A stretch of DNA of 63,377 nucleotides, counting the filler, from Choristocarpus tenellus KU-1152 (taxonomy: Eukaryota > Protista > Phaeophyceae): the NCBI GenBank assembly GCA_964200185.2. It is 4 parts of 4 records of this genome, joined end to end, with 100 filler letters (N's around TTAATTAATTAA, not from the genome) between each part and the next. Parts side by side here need not be neighbours in the genome. Positions count along the whole stretch, not along the records: positions 1 to 30,346 come from CAXNAD020000091.1; 3 more parts are not named here. The stretch is one strand, 5' to 3'. Shown one piece after another: positions 1 through 12,535 of this stretch. Made by a program: the position numbers and the translations under genes. The notes beneath the pieces were generated by a model. That model had not been told where the DNA came from. It ran no database searches and saw only the letters and a program-made list of their open reading frames with translations. How positions within the stretch are numbered: position 1 is the first letter of the stretch; each line of letters opens with the position of its first letter.

Positions 1-3000
1 CCCTCCCCCTCCACAGAAAATCTAGGCCACCTACCACCACATCCACGTCTGCCTTGGGGGGTCCATGCTCCAAGTGTAGCATCTGCCCTTGACCAAGTCC
101 AGATGGAGACCCTGGAGCGGGTAAATATCACCACGGAGAAGGTCCCAGGCAGGCTTCACACCACCCACGCAATCGCCATCATGCACACAGTGGATCTCCT
201 GACACACGAGGTAACTGCCCCAAGGCTGGAAGGGGGAACACCAACAATAGGGGTCATCAGAGCATCCAAACTCTTCCACATGATCTCTGGCCTCTTACTG
301 GCAAACAATGGAAAATTCTCAAGGGAGAAAAGGTTTGCCCGGGTGACTTCGGGGAGCATCCAAGAGCTAGTTGCAAGGCTACTTCCCGCCAGGTACGCAC
401 TGCAGCTCTCGGTCACCACCACGGAGGAATTTCCAAGGGAGCAAGCGTGCTCCTAGCACAACCCAGAGCCCCAGGGACGGAGGAGACTTTCAATATACTG
501 GTCCCTAAACACCCGAGTGAGAACCAAGACGAGCTTAGGCAGGCCATCACAGACACAAAAGACAAGGTAAAAGGAAACGCAAGATCTGGGGAACAAAGGT
601 ACTGCCCCCCTGAAGGGGGAGTACACCCCCTCCTCCCTTCGAAAATCCTTCAAGAGGGCTAACAGCAAGGTGGCACCAGGCCCTGATGGGATGCGCTCAA
701 GCCACATAAGATCAGCCATCATGACAGATGTTGGTCATGAGGAGGTGGCAGAGCCATTTGCAAAGCAATGGGAGCTAGCCTACACCTCCCCGGACTCCCT
801 ACCCCTAGAGTTCTGGACACTCCATACCAACTACAGACTGTCTGTAATTGGGGGGAAGTGTCGCCCGGTTGCCTGCGGGTCTTTTTTCAGGAGGGCATGT
901 GCTTCAGCTTTCTGCACAGACTGGCGCCCCTACCTAGAGGAATTTTTCGGGGGAGTAGGACAATTCGGCGTTGGGGTCCCAAACGGTATAGAACGTGCAC
1001 TCCTGGATATCCGCCTAAGGAATGAGTGCGGAGAATGGGTCATCAGTCTGGACGGAAGGAATGCTTTCAACAGCGTACGTCGCTCAGCTTTCATCAAGGC
1101 CCTCCCAGAGACCCTACCAGGACTCCTACCTTACATCTCTTAAGGTATAAGGGAACACAAGGAATCTTCTTTTTCCCTTAGATGAGGGAGGGACGAAGAT
1201 TCTACCATCGAAATCTTGGGCACAACAGGGAGACCCACTGGGACCCCTCTTATATTGCATGGCAACACGCAAGGCCTTGCAATAGGCCCAATCAGTCTTT
1301 GGACCCCAAGGGGTTTCCTCCCGGAGCTATCTGGATGACACGTCCATTTCTGTGAGGGGGATCAACCCTACCACCATAGCTGCTTTCGAGCAGTTTAAAA
1401 CTAATCTCCATGAGATAGGCATCGACCTAAACATTGACAAGACCTTTGCCGCACCTCCCCAGGGCCACCAACCCACGTCATCGGACCAACCCACATCCTC
1501 GGAACTGGAGCTTCTCTCTACAGTGGGAATCAACCTAGCCCCGAAACCCAGTGGTTTTGTCACTCTAGGGGTTCCGGTGGGAACAGATGATTTTATTTGA
1601 GCTCACATGGTGGAGGTGATCGAGAGCTCTGGGACATGAGCTTTGGTCACACACCTCAGCGAGATGGAGGACAAGCAGGTGGCCTGGCTCCTCAACTCTT
1701 GGTCCCTTTCCTCCTGGCTAGGCTATCTTGTGAGGGTCACTCCCCCCCTCATGGCACGCTCCACCATGGAGCAAGCAGATAACACCTCCTTATGGGTCTC
1801 AAAGTATCTGTGTGTGTGGGGGGGGTCTACACCAGGGTGTTCATTTGGGCCCTGACCAGGAGAAGTGAACTTACATTATCCATCCGATGCAGGCAACCAA
1901 ATCACCCAAAAATCGTGATATGGAAAATGGGTCCCAAATGGACAGCCGCCACCCCCCAGATACCTTGAGCCATGGACACTAGAGAGGATAATGTAGATAG
2001 CCGACTCGACAGAGGCGACGGATTTCTTCGAGGGAGGGTGCAATAATGGATCTCTCCGCCTAGAGACCCACCAAAAAGTACAGGTACAGATGACTACAAG
2101 TGCGGGGGGTCTGGGCCTCTCCTCTATGAAACACCGCCAACATGCGGCTTTCGTAGGATCACTGGTCGCTACTCTTCCCACCCTCCTAGCAAGGCAGCAA
2201 GGGCCTCATGGCGAGTCCTTCACACAAGCTATCTGTACGAGCCCCATGATACAGGCCTTAGGATTGTCCATTCACACCCTCCTTTCTACAGGTGTCCCCT
2301 CAGAAGACCTTGCAGAGATCATTGGCCAAGACTGGGTAATCTGGGGGGGAACAACACCCCCTGCACCTGCCCCAGAGGTACATATCCTAGCTGCCCATTA
2401 TGCCGGGATCACAAGGAGGGCTCAACATGAGATCACAAGCCTCCTCTACAGTACCCGTTTGAACTTCTTCAGGACACAACTGGCCAGCATTCCAAATGAG
2501 GCACCCCAAGGGAGGGAAAGCTCCTCATTAGCCCCAGTGTGCCACCGGAGTCAGAGTGGACCAGGGGCAAACGCGTGGGCCACAACTCAACCTCTGGAAT
2601 CATCATGCCTTATCCCCCCTCTAGAATTCAAGGTCACAGTCAGCAGATCCCTAGGGAAGGAGGAGGCCCTATCAAACAGGTGCCCAGTGGCAGGGTACAG
2701 GAGGCAAAATGTCAATATCAGACATGCCCATACCTGCCCCAGGGCAGGGAGACAGGAATGACAGCACACTCCAATGGTTAAACAAACGCCTGCACCAATT
2801 ATGCAAGGGGATAGGCATCCCTTGCACTACGGAGGACGGTAGCTCTTTCATAGTGGACAGGAATCTCCACATGGATCTGGTGTTTCACGCAGGGGCACTA
2901 GCGGACACCGGAACAGCTCTCTACAGGGACAAAGGTCTTCTGCTAGACGTCACCTTCACAGAGGTACAGGCAACTTCCCACCTAACCCACTCATCCACCA

Positions 3001-3400
3001 GCAGTGGTGTAGCTGCTGCTGCAGCCGAGGCGCGAAAGCACACCCACTGCGAGAGTTATTTTGATCCTCGTAGTTATAACCTCAACACCTTCGCAGTGGA
3101 AAGTTTTGGGTGCCTTGGCAAGCAAGCAGAATGCTTCCTGGGTGAGCTGGCTACTCACATGGTATGGGGGAGAGGAATGGGATGATATTGCAGGAAAGAA
3201 GTAGTTAAATCCTGACTACGCCAAATTGTCTTGGTGACTACACAAGTGGCATTGTCTAGACGTGTCATGCGCTTTAAACTATAGTCACCAGAGAGATGGG
3301 CATGGAGGCGTTTGTTGGATTCTTGGGATGCCTCCCCTAGCTCCCTCCCCCGGGGATCAGGAGTAGGTAGATGGGAAGCACAGGAAGACTGTTGATTCCG
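1..3400 (+). mobile_element. Decayed non-LTR retrotransposon, CRE-like (reverse transcriptase + restriction-like endonuclease), cut by the window start
   Basis: Ordered motifs across broken frames: APGPDG, RPVACG, QFGVG, SLDGRNAFNSV, QQGDPLGP (~1223), YLDD (~1328), LGVPVG, GGLGL, zinc-knuckle remnant CPVAG..HAHTC, and endonuclease part MDLVF..LLLDVTF..EARKH..FAVESFG. Several stops and frameshifts. Confidence 0.9.
1796..1971. mobile_element. MITE family B copy inserted in the LINE
   Basis: Imperfect terminal inverted repeats GTCTCAAAGTATCTG / CAGATACCTTGAGCC, with ATGG on both flanks. Removing it restores the LINE frame (ADNTSLW-TLERI...GGLGL). Confidence 0.8.
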
Positions 3401-4245
3401 CATCCTCCATTGCATCTTGTGCTGGACCCACCTTGTTTTCACTCAAAAACGAAGGTTCACCACATTGTTGTTGGTTCGGAGTTCTTTTTGTAGTATAACG
3501 ACAACAAGGAACTTTACGTGTGCTAAGTGTTTTGTCATGCAGACTATATTCTATGAAAATAAGTTTGACATTGATGCTTTCAAACTCACAAACGTCATGA
3601 AGGGGTCACCCTCTTCAACAACCGAGCCACGAGGACGCTTTGTATGCCATCCTTCAACCATGATTCCGAACTTCTCAAGAAATATTGTCTTGCAATTACA
3701 TCCACCATTGCTTCTCTGGTCTATCCTGCTTCTGCTTTCCATCTTAAAGTTCAAACATTCAAGGTCTTGGTTTTCGTATCCTCTATAGGTACAACTCACT
3801 CCATAAACAAGAGACTCCATTTTAGGACAGTCGCCTATGTATGCATATGAATGGAATTGCAGTAAGCATGCTTTTATTGCGCAAAAATAGTAGGTTGAAC
3901 ACACGGAATGGCATATGGTTCAACTCAGCATAACGGTTGAAGACAGTAAGGTCATGCGTACAGCAGAGAAGAGCAGGTGGGTCTCGATATTGTCGGTTGC
4001 GAGATGACACGTGCTATGGAGTAGAATAGTGGGCACCCCACATCTCCATGACACTCCCATCCAGTATTAGACTCCCTCCTCGCTCTTTCCCTCTATACAA
4101 CATGCGCGAATACCGCGAGCAAGTTTTCACACCTATATTTCGAAAAATTAGTACAGCAAATTGTCTATACAACTTCGCCTCCCTTTCTTTCTAAGACTAT
4201 TGTGTTCTGTTCACTTTAAGCAGCAACTAGTGTGGTAGGAAAGAT

Positions 4246-7200
4246 ATGGCAGGATGGTTCAATAACCTGGGGTCCCAGGTTTCTAGCCTCAAGCAAACCC
4301 TGGGCGAGGGCGCAACAAGTCTTGCACATGGGCTACAGGAACAGGTCAACGCTGTAAGCGAGAACTTCAACCTGGAGGTTGGTGGACAATCCAACTCTCA
4401 ACTATACCATTCTTGCTCTGGTATCTCCATCGTCACTTGATCTTCATTTCTAGAGTAGATGACATGGCGATATGATCGGTAGAGTAAATGTCCTTTTCGA
4501 TTGATGCAGATTGATTTTGTAGGTTGAGGTATTGTAGAAGGTAAAAGATCAAGTATCGATAACCTGGTTGTCATCGGTGTTTGGGCTTGGTCGTAACGGG
4601 ATTGGGATTGCGATACTGATACATTGTCTTGTGGGATCGGAGACTTTGGGCCAGCTGTTCGAATTGCATCCAACCTCAACTGTTAGATTGTTTGATTTTC
4701 GAGATAGAGATCTTTATCGATTACTTCTCGTTCCTTGTTAGAGTTCTCTTGTCAACTCACTCTCTATTGCTGCAACATATCACTTCCAGAGCGGTAAAGT
4801 TTTCCATGAGATATCACAACAGTTTTCGACCCTGAATGGACGTATTTGATTTTTTAGCACTTTCTCTATAAAAACAATTTCTCAGGCCATCAATTCGACA
4901 ATACAACGAGTGGAGCACGACATAACGGTGGAGGAGGACAAGATGAGAAACGGTCAGGAAAGTAATGTATTATAGAGTCATGCTCAAGCATGGGACTGGA
5001 TGACTCAAAGCACTGACAAAGCTCAATACAACCCATTTGGCATGCTTAGCTTGACCCTCACCACCCTGATTTGTACCTACCTTATTCATTTCCTGCACAT
5101 AGACGCCGATGGAGTAGAACGGAATGAGGTGAAGATTCTTCCATGGGAAAGTCGATTTGAAGACAAGAGTATACTGGGTCAGGTTAGTTATGTCACCCCT
5201 ATACCAAAGAAATGCCCTGCCATGCAGCAATCCTGGCTGAACACACAGAGTCTGCGCCTGTAATATTGCTAGATGTTTTTGGTGCATACACTTGATTAGC
5301 CTGTGGCATTTGCGCTCCTTCAGTTATTTTTTGTGCCCAAACTGTGTCGTTTTATTCAGGGTGTGATGGAGAAAATTATCGCTCTCTCCTTGGAGGAGTC
5401 AAATTTCACAACTGCCCCACCTTCCACACCAACACGCACTCATGTGAGTCAATTCTACTATCATGTCTTGATCATTTGTTGTTCAACTCTACAACACAAA
5501 ATCTAAGTGTGTTTCTATGCATCTTTGCAGATGATTTGTTTACCTGCCATGCTTCAGTTCATTTTTCGTGCTGTAGATAAGTATGGCGAAAGTCAACATT
5601 GTGCCTTTAGCTCACTTCGCAGTAGATTTTTTGAAGAGTTAAGTTAATAAGGTGGGTATGTTTGCATTTCTGTCTGAAGATCATCTACATCACCCATGAT
5701 TTATGTTCTTAAGTAGGTCCAACATTTTGTTGTGATAAATTGTCAATGCATTTATGAAGTGGAAGTAGTAATAGTAGAATGACCCCCTGCCAGACCTGGG
5801 GATATCTCACATAGCCTACTGTACGCATCTTACGGGAACATTAGGGTGGGCAAAACTAATTTAGCAAATTACCTTAAGTTTTTCTCCTGCTCTGTGCCTA
5901 CCTTCCAGCTAAGCAGAACAGAGGGTACCTCGAATGATGTGACCACTCCAGAATGTTTGGTGCATCTATCAAGTGGTGCACAGAGTGGTGCACAGGGTCC
6001 ACCATTCCAACTAGAGAGGCACACCAAAGTGGCAATAAAGATGATAGCACTGGACCCCAATTTGGCAAAGGTCCATGCACGTCTTATCAGCAGAATGCCG
6101 GAGGAAACATTCTGGTGCAATTATTTTGGGAGAGTCGCTCACATCAGGGTAAGGAATGGAACATGGTCATGCAATCTTTGTTTTACAAGACCTAAAGGAA
6201 GGATTTTGATGTTTTTTTGTCAGTGAGTGATATAAAGGAGTGTGAGCAGTCATCATGGTCCAGATATTAGTATCTTTTGGACAAAGGTTTTGGGGATAGA
6301 TAGTTCAAATTTGGTTCCCACTGTTTAGTTGGAATTCTTTGCAATTTTGTTCTGTGATGTGTGGCAAACATAATATCTTTATTGTAGTAACTACTCATGC
6401 AAACTGCTTCAGGCTGAGGGAGGCTTGGAGCCACTTTGCATGGAACCACAAGTTTGCGAAGCAGGGGATGGCCTTGCAACATCCCATTCAGAGGTATGAC
6501 TGAGAATTTGTCTGCATATCTTCTTTGACCTCGAAGTCAAACAAATCTGCTTAGATGATGTTAGTCCTTCTGTACGTAATGTTGCACCCTCATTGCTGAG
6601 GAGGCGGGAAGTTTGTTGACTACAATCTCCTTCATCCTCTCATATTACTGTCCACAGGAAGACAAATCTCCTGGTTCTTCAAGTGAAGATTACATAAAAA
6701 TGAGTCACAGTGATGCTAGCAGTTTGATTTCAAGCCAGCCTGCAGAGATTGTTGCTCACAATGATCAGACTGAGTCAGGTATGTACCACAGTGTTACAAT
6801 AATTGACAAGGGTATGTATCCTATGTGCATTGCCCCTGGACTGAACAGAGTGTCACGCTTGTGCTCCCTATTGTTGCTTGCAGCACCCTCACTGCAGGCG
6901 CAGGTGGCTGCAGAGCTGAATAGCAATGGTGAGTCCAACTTTTAGTTGTGTTCCAACATTGCCCCTTGGTCTCCACAAGCTGGGCCTAACACCAGTGGTA
7001 GTAGTATGAGTTTGGACCATTTGAGAACAATTTTTTAGATTGAGGCTAATTTGTTGCTGGCGTTACGTGCTTGCACACACCAGGCAGAATGGATACAATT
7101 GGTGTATGTTTGATTTATTTGAAGGAAAGACATTTTTAACATTTGGATGTCCTGGGAAGTATTCCAGCATCTCATTAAAACAAAAGTTCAAAATGGTGTG

Positions 7201-7754
7201 CTAAGTCAGTATACTCTAGTATCTGAGATTTAGTCACACCTGTTATCATTCCATGTGGTACAATATTGGGTTCAATTTTTGGAGTTGATTCTACTCTGCA
7301 CCAGTTTTTTTTTATGGTATGTGCAGTAACCACTTGAGAAGTACATTTTATGGACAGTAAATTTTTAGTAAAGATTTTGGTTAAATGATACCTAGAAGGT
7401 TTTAGATGGTCATTTGTAAACCTTGACCTGATTCTCGTTGCCTTAATTTTTTTTTGTATGTATTCAGATGAGGAATTTTCTGATCTGGGAGATCTGGAGG
7501 ACCTAAGTCACACAGGTGAGAGATGTATTTTCTTGTTGATAAATTCAAACATTTGATGTCATAATTATATTCAACACGTAGCGACATGTATGTGATGAGT
7601 AACAGGTAGGTAGAGGTGTAGGTGAATTCCTTGAATTGAACCACTGGAGCTGACAAACCTTTTCTCCTATTTGACATTGACAGATGCTGGTAATGATTCG
7701 GATATGAATGCAGAACTGGAGGCTGAAATAGCAGCTGAGCTTGGAGACTTGTGA
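4246..7754 (+). CDS. BSD domain-containing protein (spliced, ~10 exons)
   Basis: ATG at 4246. GT-AG exons read in frame: MAGWFNN..NLE | AINST.. | ..ILPWES.. | GVMEKIIALS..NF | ..DPNLAKVHARLISRMPEETFWCNYF (BSD signature) | AEGGLEP.. | .. | ..AELEAEIAAELGDL*, stop at 7752-7754. Confidence 0.85.
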
Positions 7755-8063
7755 AAAAACAAAAACCCAACGAATAAGGGCAAAAAGTAATAAATAAAAT
7801 ACTACTTACACCTACTTCAATATGGGTATATGCCATTTAGCAGTGATATTCAATGGCATATGATATTTTACATCCACTGTTTTTTGGGTAACTTTTATTA
7901 AAGGGCGCCTTGTGTATCATCAACAAAATCTTTGGTGGAAGACATGACACACTGGCTACCACCATATTTGTGTTGCTCCCTCTGTCTGTCTTCTCTCTTG
8001 ACACCATTTTGTGTGGATCTAAAAAAATGGTGTAGGTTCACTAAAAACTCCTGTATTCTCTTG

Positions 8064-11000
8064 CTATTGCTGGTCTCTTCCTTGTGGAGATTGCCAACTG
8101 GGAAGGGCAGAGCTCACTGCTGCATATGTGAGCCTCATTGCCTCCTCTTCGTCTATGTCCTTAGTGTCAATGGGAGGATGAATGATTATCTCAGCATCCC
8201 TTGGCACACCCAAAGGCATGCTGCAGTTGAATGGCATCATCACATGCATGTTGGTAATAGTTACTGGAACCACTTGCACCCCCGCCTAATCAGAAGTTTG
8301 ATTCAGTACATGTACACGAGAAATGACATCAAGGAGGGGGGAGAGAAAGGTGAGAAATACATTCCACCCATTAAAAAAGGAAAGGTTAATCTTTATTTCA
8401 CCAATTGGCTCCATCATGCATTTAAACACGTAGATTATGTCAACACACTTAGTCCCTTTCACCATAGTTGAATCCAAAGGTATGTTGAACATGTTGACCT
8501 CTCTCTAATAATCTAAGATCCCACCAATTCGTGTTGAGATATCTACACTTTCAGAGATTTTCAGGGATTTGAGCTTCTAGACTTTGCTCTTTGGATAGTT
8601 TAGTTGTAGAGATAGAGGGAGGTATACCCACTACATCTTCATTGCATGGAATTATGTTGCAACATATGTATGGCATGGACTCCTATCCATGGACTACTAT
8701 TGTGGAGTTTTTGCAACAACCCTTGACGTACCCTTTTTGCCATGGTGAAGGGACCTTTTTTGAAGGTCTGCAATCGTCCATCACGAGATCTGGTACCCTC
8801 AGCAAATGTCACCACTGAATTTCCTCGCCTGAGTTGTGTGCATGTTGAGAGAAAAAAGCGTATTCCACAATTAAGTCACAGAAAGAGGCTATTATTATTA
8901 CAAGGTGCACACTGGAACGTCAGATCAGATGGAGTATCCTTTGCAATATATATATTTTATTTTACATTCTCACTGTACATTGGACAAGTCAAGGACAGAT
9001 CACACCAAATGCACCCTTACATTAGGCTGGCAACGGCATCTTTGAATGTTTGCAGTTGGCTCCGGCTACTTCCCCTTCGAATTGCGATGTGCCCAGCCAT
9101 CCTCATGGCCCATCCAATAAGTGGGATGCGAAGGATCTCCACCTAAAGGTACCAGGGACAACAATTCTTAACAGGGTCAAGCAAATAGAGAATGACTCAA
9201 TTTGAGGAACCTCATAAATTAAAATACTTGGCATGGATGTGATTTTGAAGATCATGTCATGACACGGGTAGTTTCCACCAAATTGCATGACATATTGCAA
9301 ACAAGCTGTTGATAGCCTGTTAATCAGTCAATGCCATGCAGTAACTGAAAAATGCATAATCATGCAGGGGCCCATTGCGAAGTACCAAGTATGCAGGACA
9401 ATGAGAGGAAAATTGCCAAATCTTTTCTATTTTGCACTATGTTCTTATTGAAGAATACATTACCTTGGATATGTACTTCAAGGGTCGAGGAACAAATCCT
9501 GACAAGGTAAGGATATCCATGTAGCTGCAGTGGTTTGGGACATACATTGCAGCCTGCCCTTTTCTTGGAAGATTTTCCAGGCCCCGAACCTGTGGTCTGA
9601 GGGAAGAGAGTTGCTTGGTACATAGGAGAAAGTCCTGTTGAACATTGAGCAAAGTACAACTCAGACGTTGTGACAAGGCAGCTAACTGGCCTCGGACCTT
9701 TCTGGATCAACTCCATTTACTATGCAGTGACTCTTGTCATTTGAGATTGAGGTAGGGGTGGGGCATTATTACTAGCTGTATTGTATGTTTTGACAATATA
9801 TCAATTGATTGATTTATGCATTGCACCTATTTTCAAGCTGCAAACTTAGGTAGTTGAGATTCTGTTGAATCAAATCTTCCAGGAGATTCTCGACAATGAT
9901 TGGATTAGGGAATATTGACAAATGCCTCCGATGAGCCAACAAACATTTGTAATTGAGTCAATGTCTTGGTCAAACATGCACAAGAATAAGAGAGCATTGA
10001 GAAGCAAGGCTAACAAGAATATGTTGTGCCAACATATCAATTTGCAACAACCTCTTCTCTTTCCAAACACAATTACCCACCCACCTGTATGTGACTGATA
10101 GCATGCAAATCTTAGCCCAAATGTGCACCACCCAGTCAACAATTCTTCGTCGTCCTGAGTCAAACGCCATGGATCCTAACCATGCCAGAAGAAGAAGAGG
10201 ATAGAATACTATTGCCCACCTGACATCCGGATAGAATATTATAGTTTAGAGAGTAAGCACTTTTACACGGGCTTGTCCGGACAACAAAACAAAGATCCTT
10301 TCATTTTATAGCATATATTTTCAGGTTCTTTCATCTGGTAAGGACATGAGAAAAATGGATTTAGTAAATCATTCATTCCATTTATTATTTATTATGGTAT
10401 TTGCTTGTGTTACATAGTGGAAATAACATACGTGAGACTTGATGTTATTCGAGCTTTTTTAGGAAATCTCATCCAGCTAAAAACCCTATATATACCCTAT
10501 TGCAACAGGTATGCTGTAATGTTAAGTGCTCAACTGGAAAGAGCAATATGTACCTACACTAAACTCAAAGTTGTTCCAGACTTCAGGATGATATGACCTA
10601 AACCAAATACTTTGAAGGAAGATCATGTGAAAACCAAGGGGGTGTGACACAAAAACATTACATCAACAAAAACGTTTGACTTAGTAGAATATTAAATTCA
10701 AATATATAAGTGGGTTGTTGTACTGAGTGAAAGGGTGGGATCTCCACCATGGAACAGAAGTCTTTTGCAAATCCTTGACTCAACGTTGAGTGGTCTGCAT
10801 ACAAGTTGCATCCAGACAACTCCATATAGGTGAAATTTTTTTCGTCCTGATATTGTGAAAATTTCTGACAGTAGTGTTTCTCAACTGGATTAGTGCATGT
10901 AGATGGAGGAAGGGGTGGTTAGGATATCCACCGTTCTCACAACTATGGTCACTATGACATCAAGTACATGATTTTCGACCATAGAGCTGGATAATAGAAC

Positions 11001-12268
11001 TCACCCAAATATAGAAAATGCGTAGCACAGGCCTGGCAGATTCATAACCAGTCCCTTGAACTTGAGATGCCATCTGTAGGATGGTTTTTGAGGGCCGTCA
11101 TTTGCAGCTGCAGTAGTGGCGGCTGCTGCTGGGGCCCAACAGGTTGCAAATCACACGTCCAGGTGGCACAAGGATATAATTCATTGAGTGCAGGTTTGAT
11201 GAAGAACCACGGAAAATTCTAAAAACAGTTCATCAAATTTGGGGGCTGCACAAGGACTACACAAGGATCCTTGCATCCAAAAAATGAAATTTTGGACGAG
11301 AAGCAAAAGCTTCGTACAGAACCACTCCACAACCCCTGCTTACCAACCCCCCCTCTTAGAACATAGTCAAGTGCTATTACGGTACCACAGACACGATGGT
11401 GACTGCTCGATATCCATTCCACTATTTGGCAACAATCTCAGAGCATTCATAGAACCTTCAAAATGCCACACTCAGCCTATCTGCAACTATAGCTTAACGA
11501 CATACCAGAGAAGGTTATCTAGGAGACACAGGCACGACTATGAATGTGATACCACATTTACACGTCATGTAAACTCAACCTCTCCGCAGGCACCTTGAAA
11601 TCGGTGGATCACCTGAAAGTACAACCCTTGAGCACGATCGCACAACCGAACTCCTTGAATGGCTCAGAAAAGAAGAGTAGTCAGTTTGGCAAGACCGGTC
11701 CTTCAGATGGGTTTGAAAAAGGATTGCGAGGGAGGATAGGAATGATCTAAGAGAAACCCATGGACTTGGAACAGGGAAAACATGTCCCCAACGAATCTAG
11801 CAAGGTAAGAACTACAAAAACTTCGTTCTCAGCCACTACGACTTATCCCAACGAAATAAACTGCAGCACATTACGGGTACATTAATGAGTAAAGGCATCA
11901 CATTTAATGCTGTATACCTACACCCTTCAAAAGTATTAGATCATGCCTTCCGTATTATATGCTCACCGAGAAATCAAATTGCTTAAACATACGGCAAAGG
12001 TAGCTCGTAGTCGTCCCTCTTACGAAGGTGGTCCGATTATGCCTTGGCTTGGACCCATAAAACCCAGTCACCGCTGACGTGGCCTTGAATGCTGCGACCG
12101 AAGACGTACAATAGATAGACAAAGTTGGTGAAATGGAGTTTGCATATGTGGAGGAGGGATCGCGTACATTCTTGCAATATGTGTACACAATGCAATATAA
12201 CAACAGCTTAGCTTACCTTCTGTTGTTGCCACAAGGAGGATCAACACGACCAACACGCGAGAAGCCAT
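8064..12268 (-). CDS. LPAT1: 1-acyl-sn-glycerol-3-phosphate acyltransferase (LPAAT/PlsC family), predicted plastid-targeted, ~9 exons
   Basis: Acyltransferase motifs NHCSYMD (NHxxxxD), [22 protein letters not shown] and VVPVTI. The spliced N-terminus [23 protein letters not shown] is a signal peptide followed by Phe and a Ser/Thr/Arg-rich transit-like region. Confidence 0.9.
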
Positions 12269-12535
12269 CCAAACTACTCAACCAGGAATATTGTAACTCC
12301 AAGTTCCTACAAAACTACTCCTATAAGCCGTCTAGTACTTGAACTATACAACTATACATTATATTAATACGACATAGTATATGTGACGTATGAAAGGTGT
12401 TGGAGCAAAGTAAGGAAATTCAAATCTCTGTCAAATTGGATTACGAAAACTGTCACTGTCTAAAAGGAATGCATCTCTGAAGGGATTTTTGTGGTGGAGA
12501 AAGTGACACTCCAGTATTGAGCAACGAGATCACAG
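12269..12535. promoter_or_regulatory. Short divergent intergenic region (putative bidirectional promoter) between LPAAT and RCE1
   Basis: Opposite-strand start codons at 12268 and 12536 are separated by 267 bp; flanking 5' exons retain CpG. Confidence 0.55.

Noticed and set aside
3551-3904. Minus-strand ORF upstream of the BSD gene
   Set aside because: No recognisable motif, stops in its continuation, and no consistent exon chain.
7932-9146. Plus-strand ORFs of 179 and 134 aa
   Set aside because: Antisense shadows of LPAAT exons and introns.
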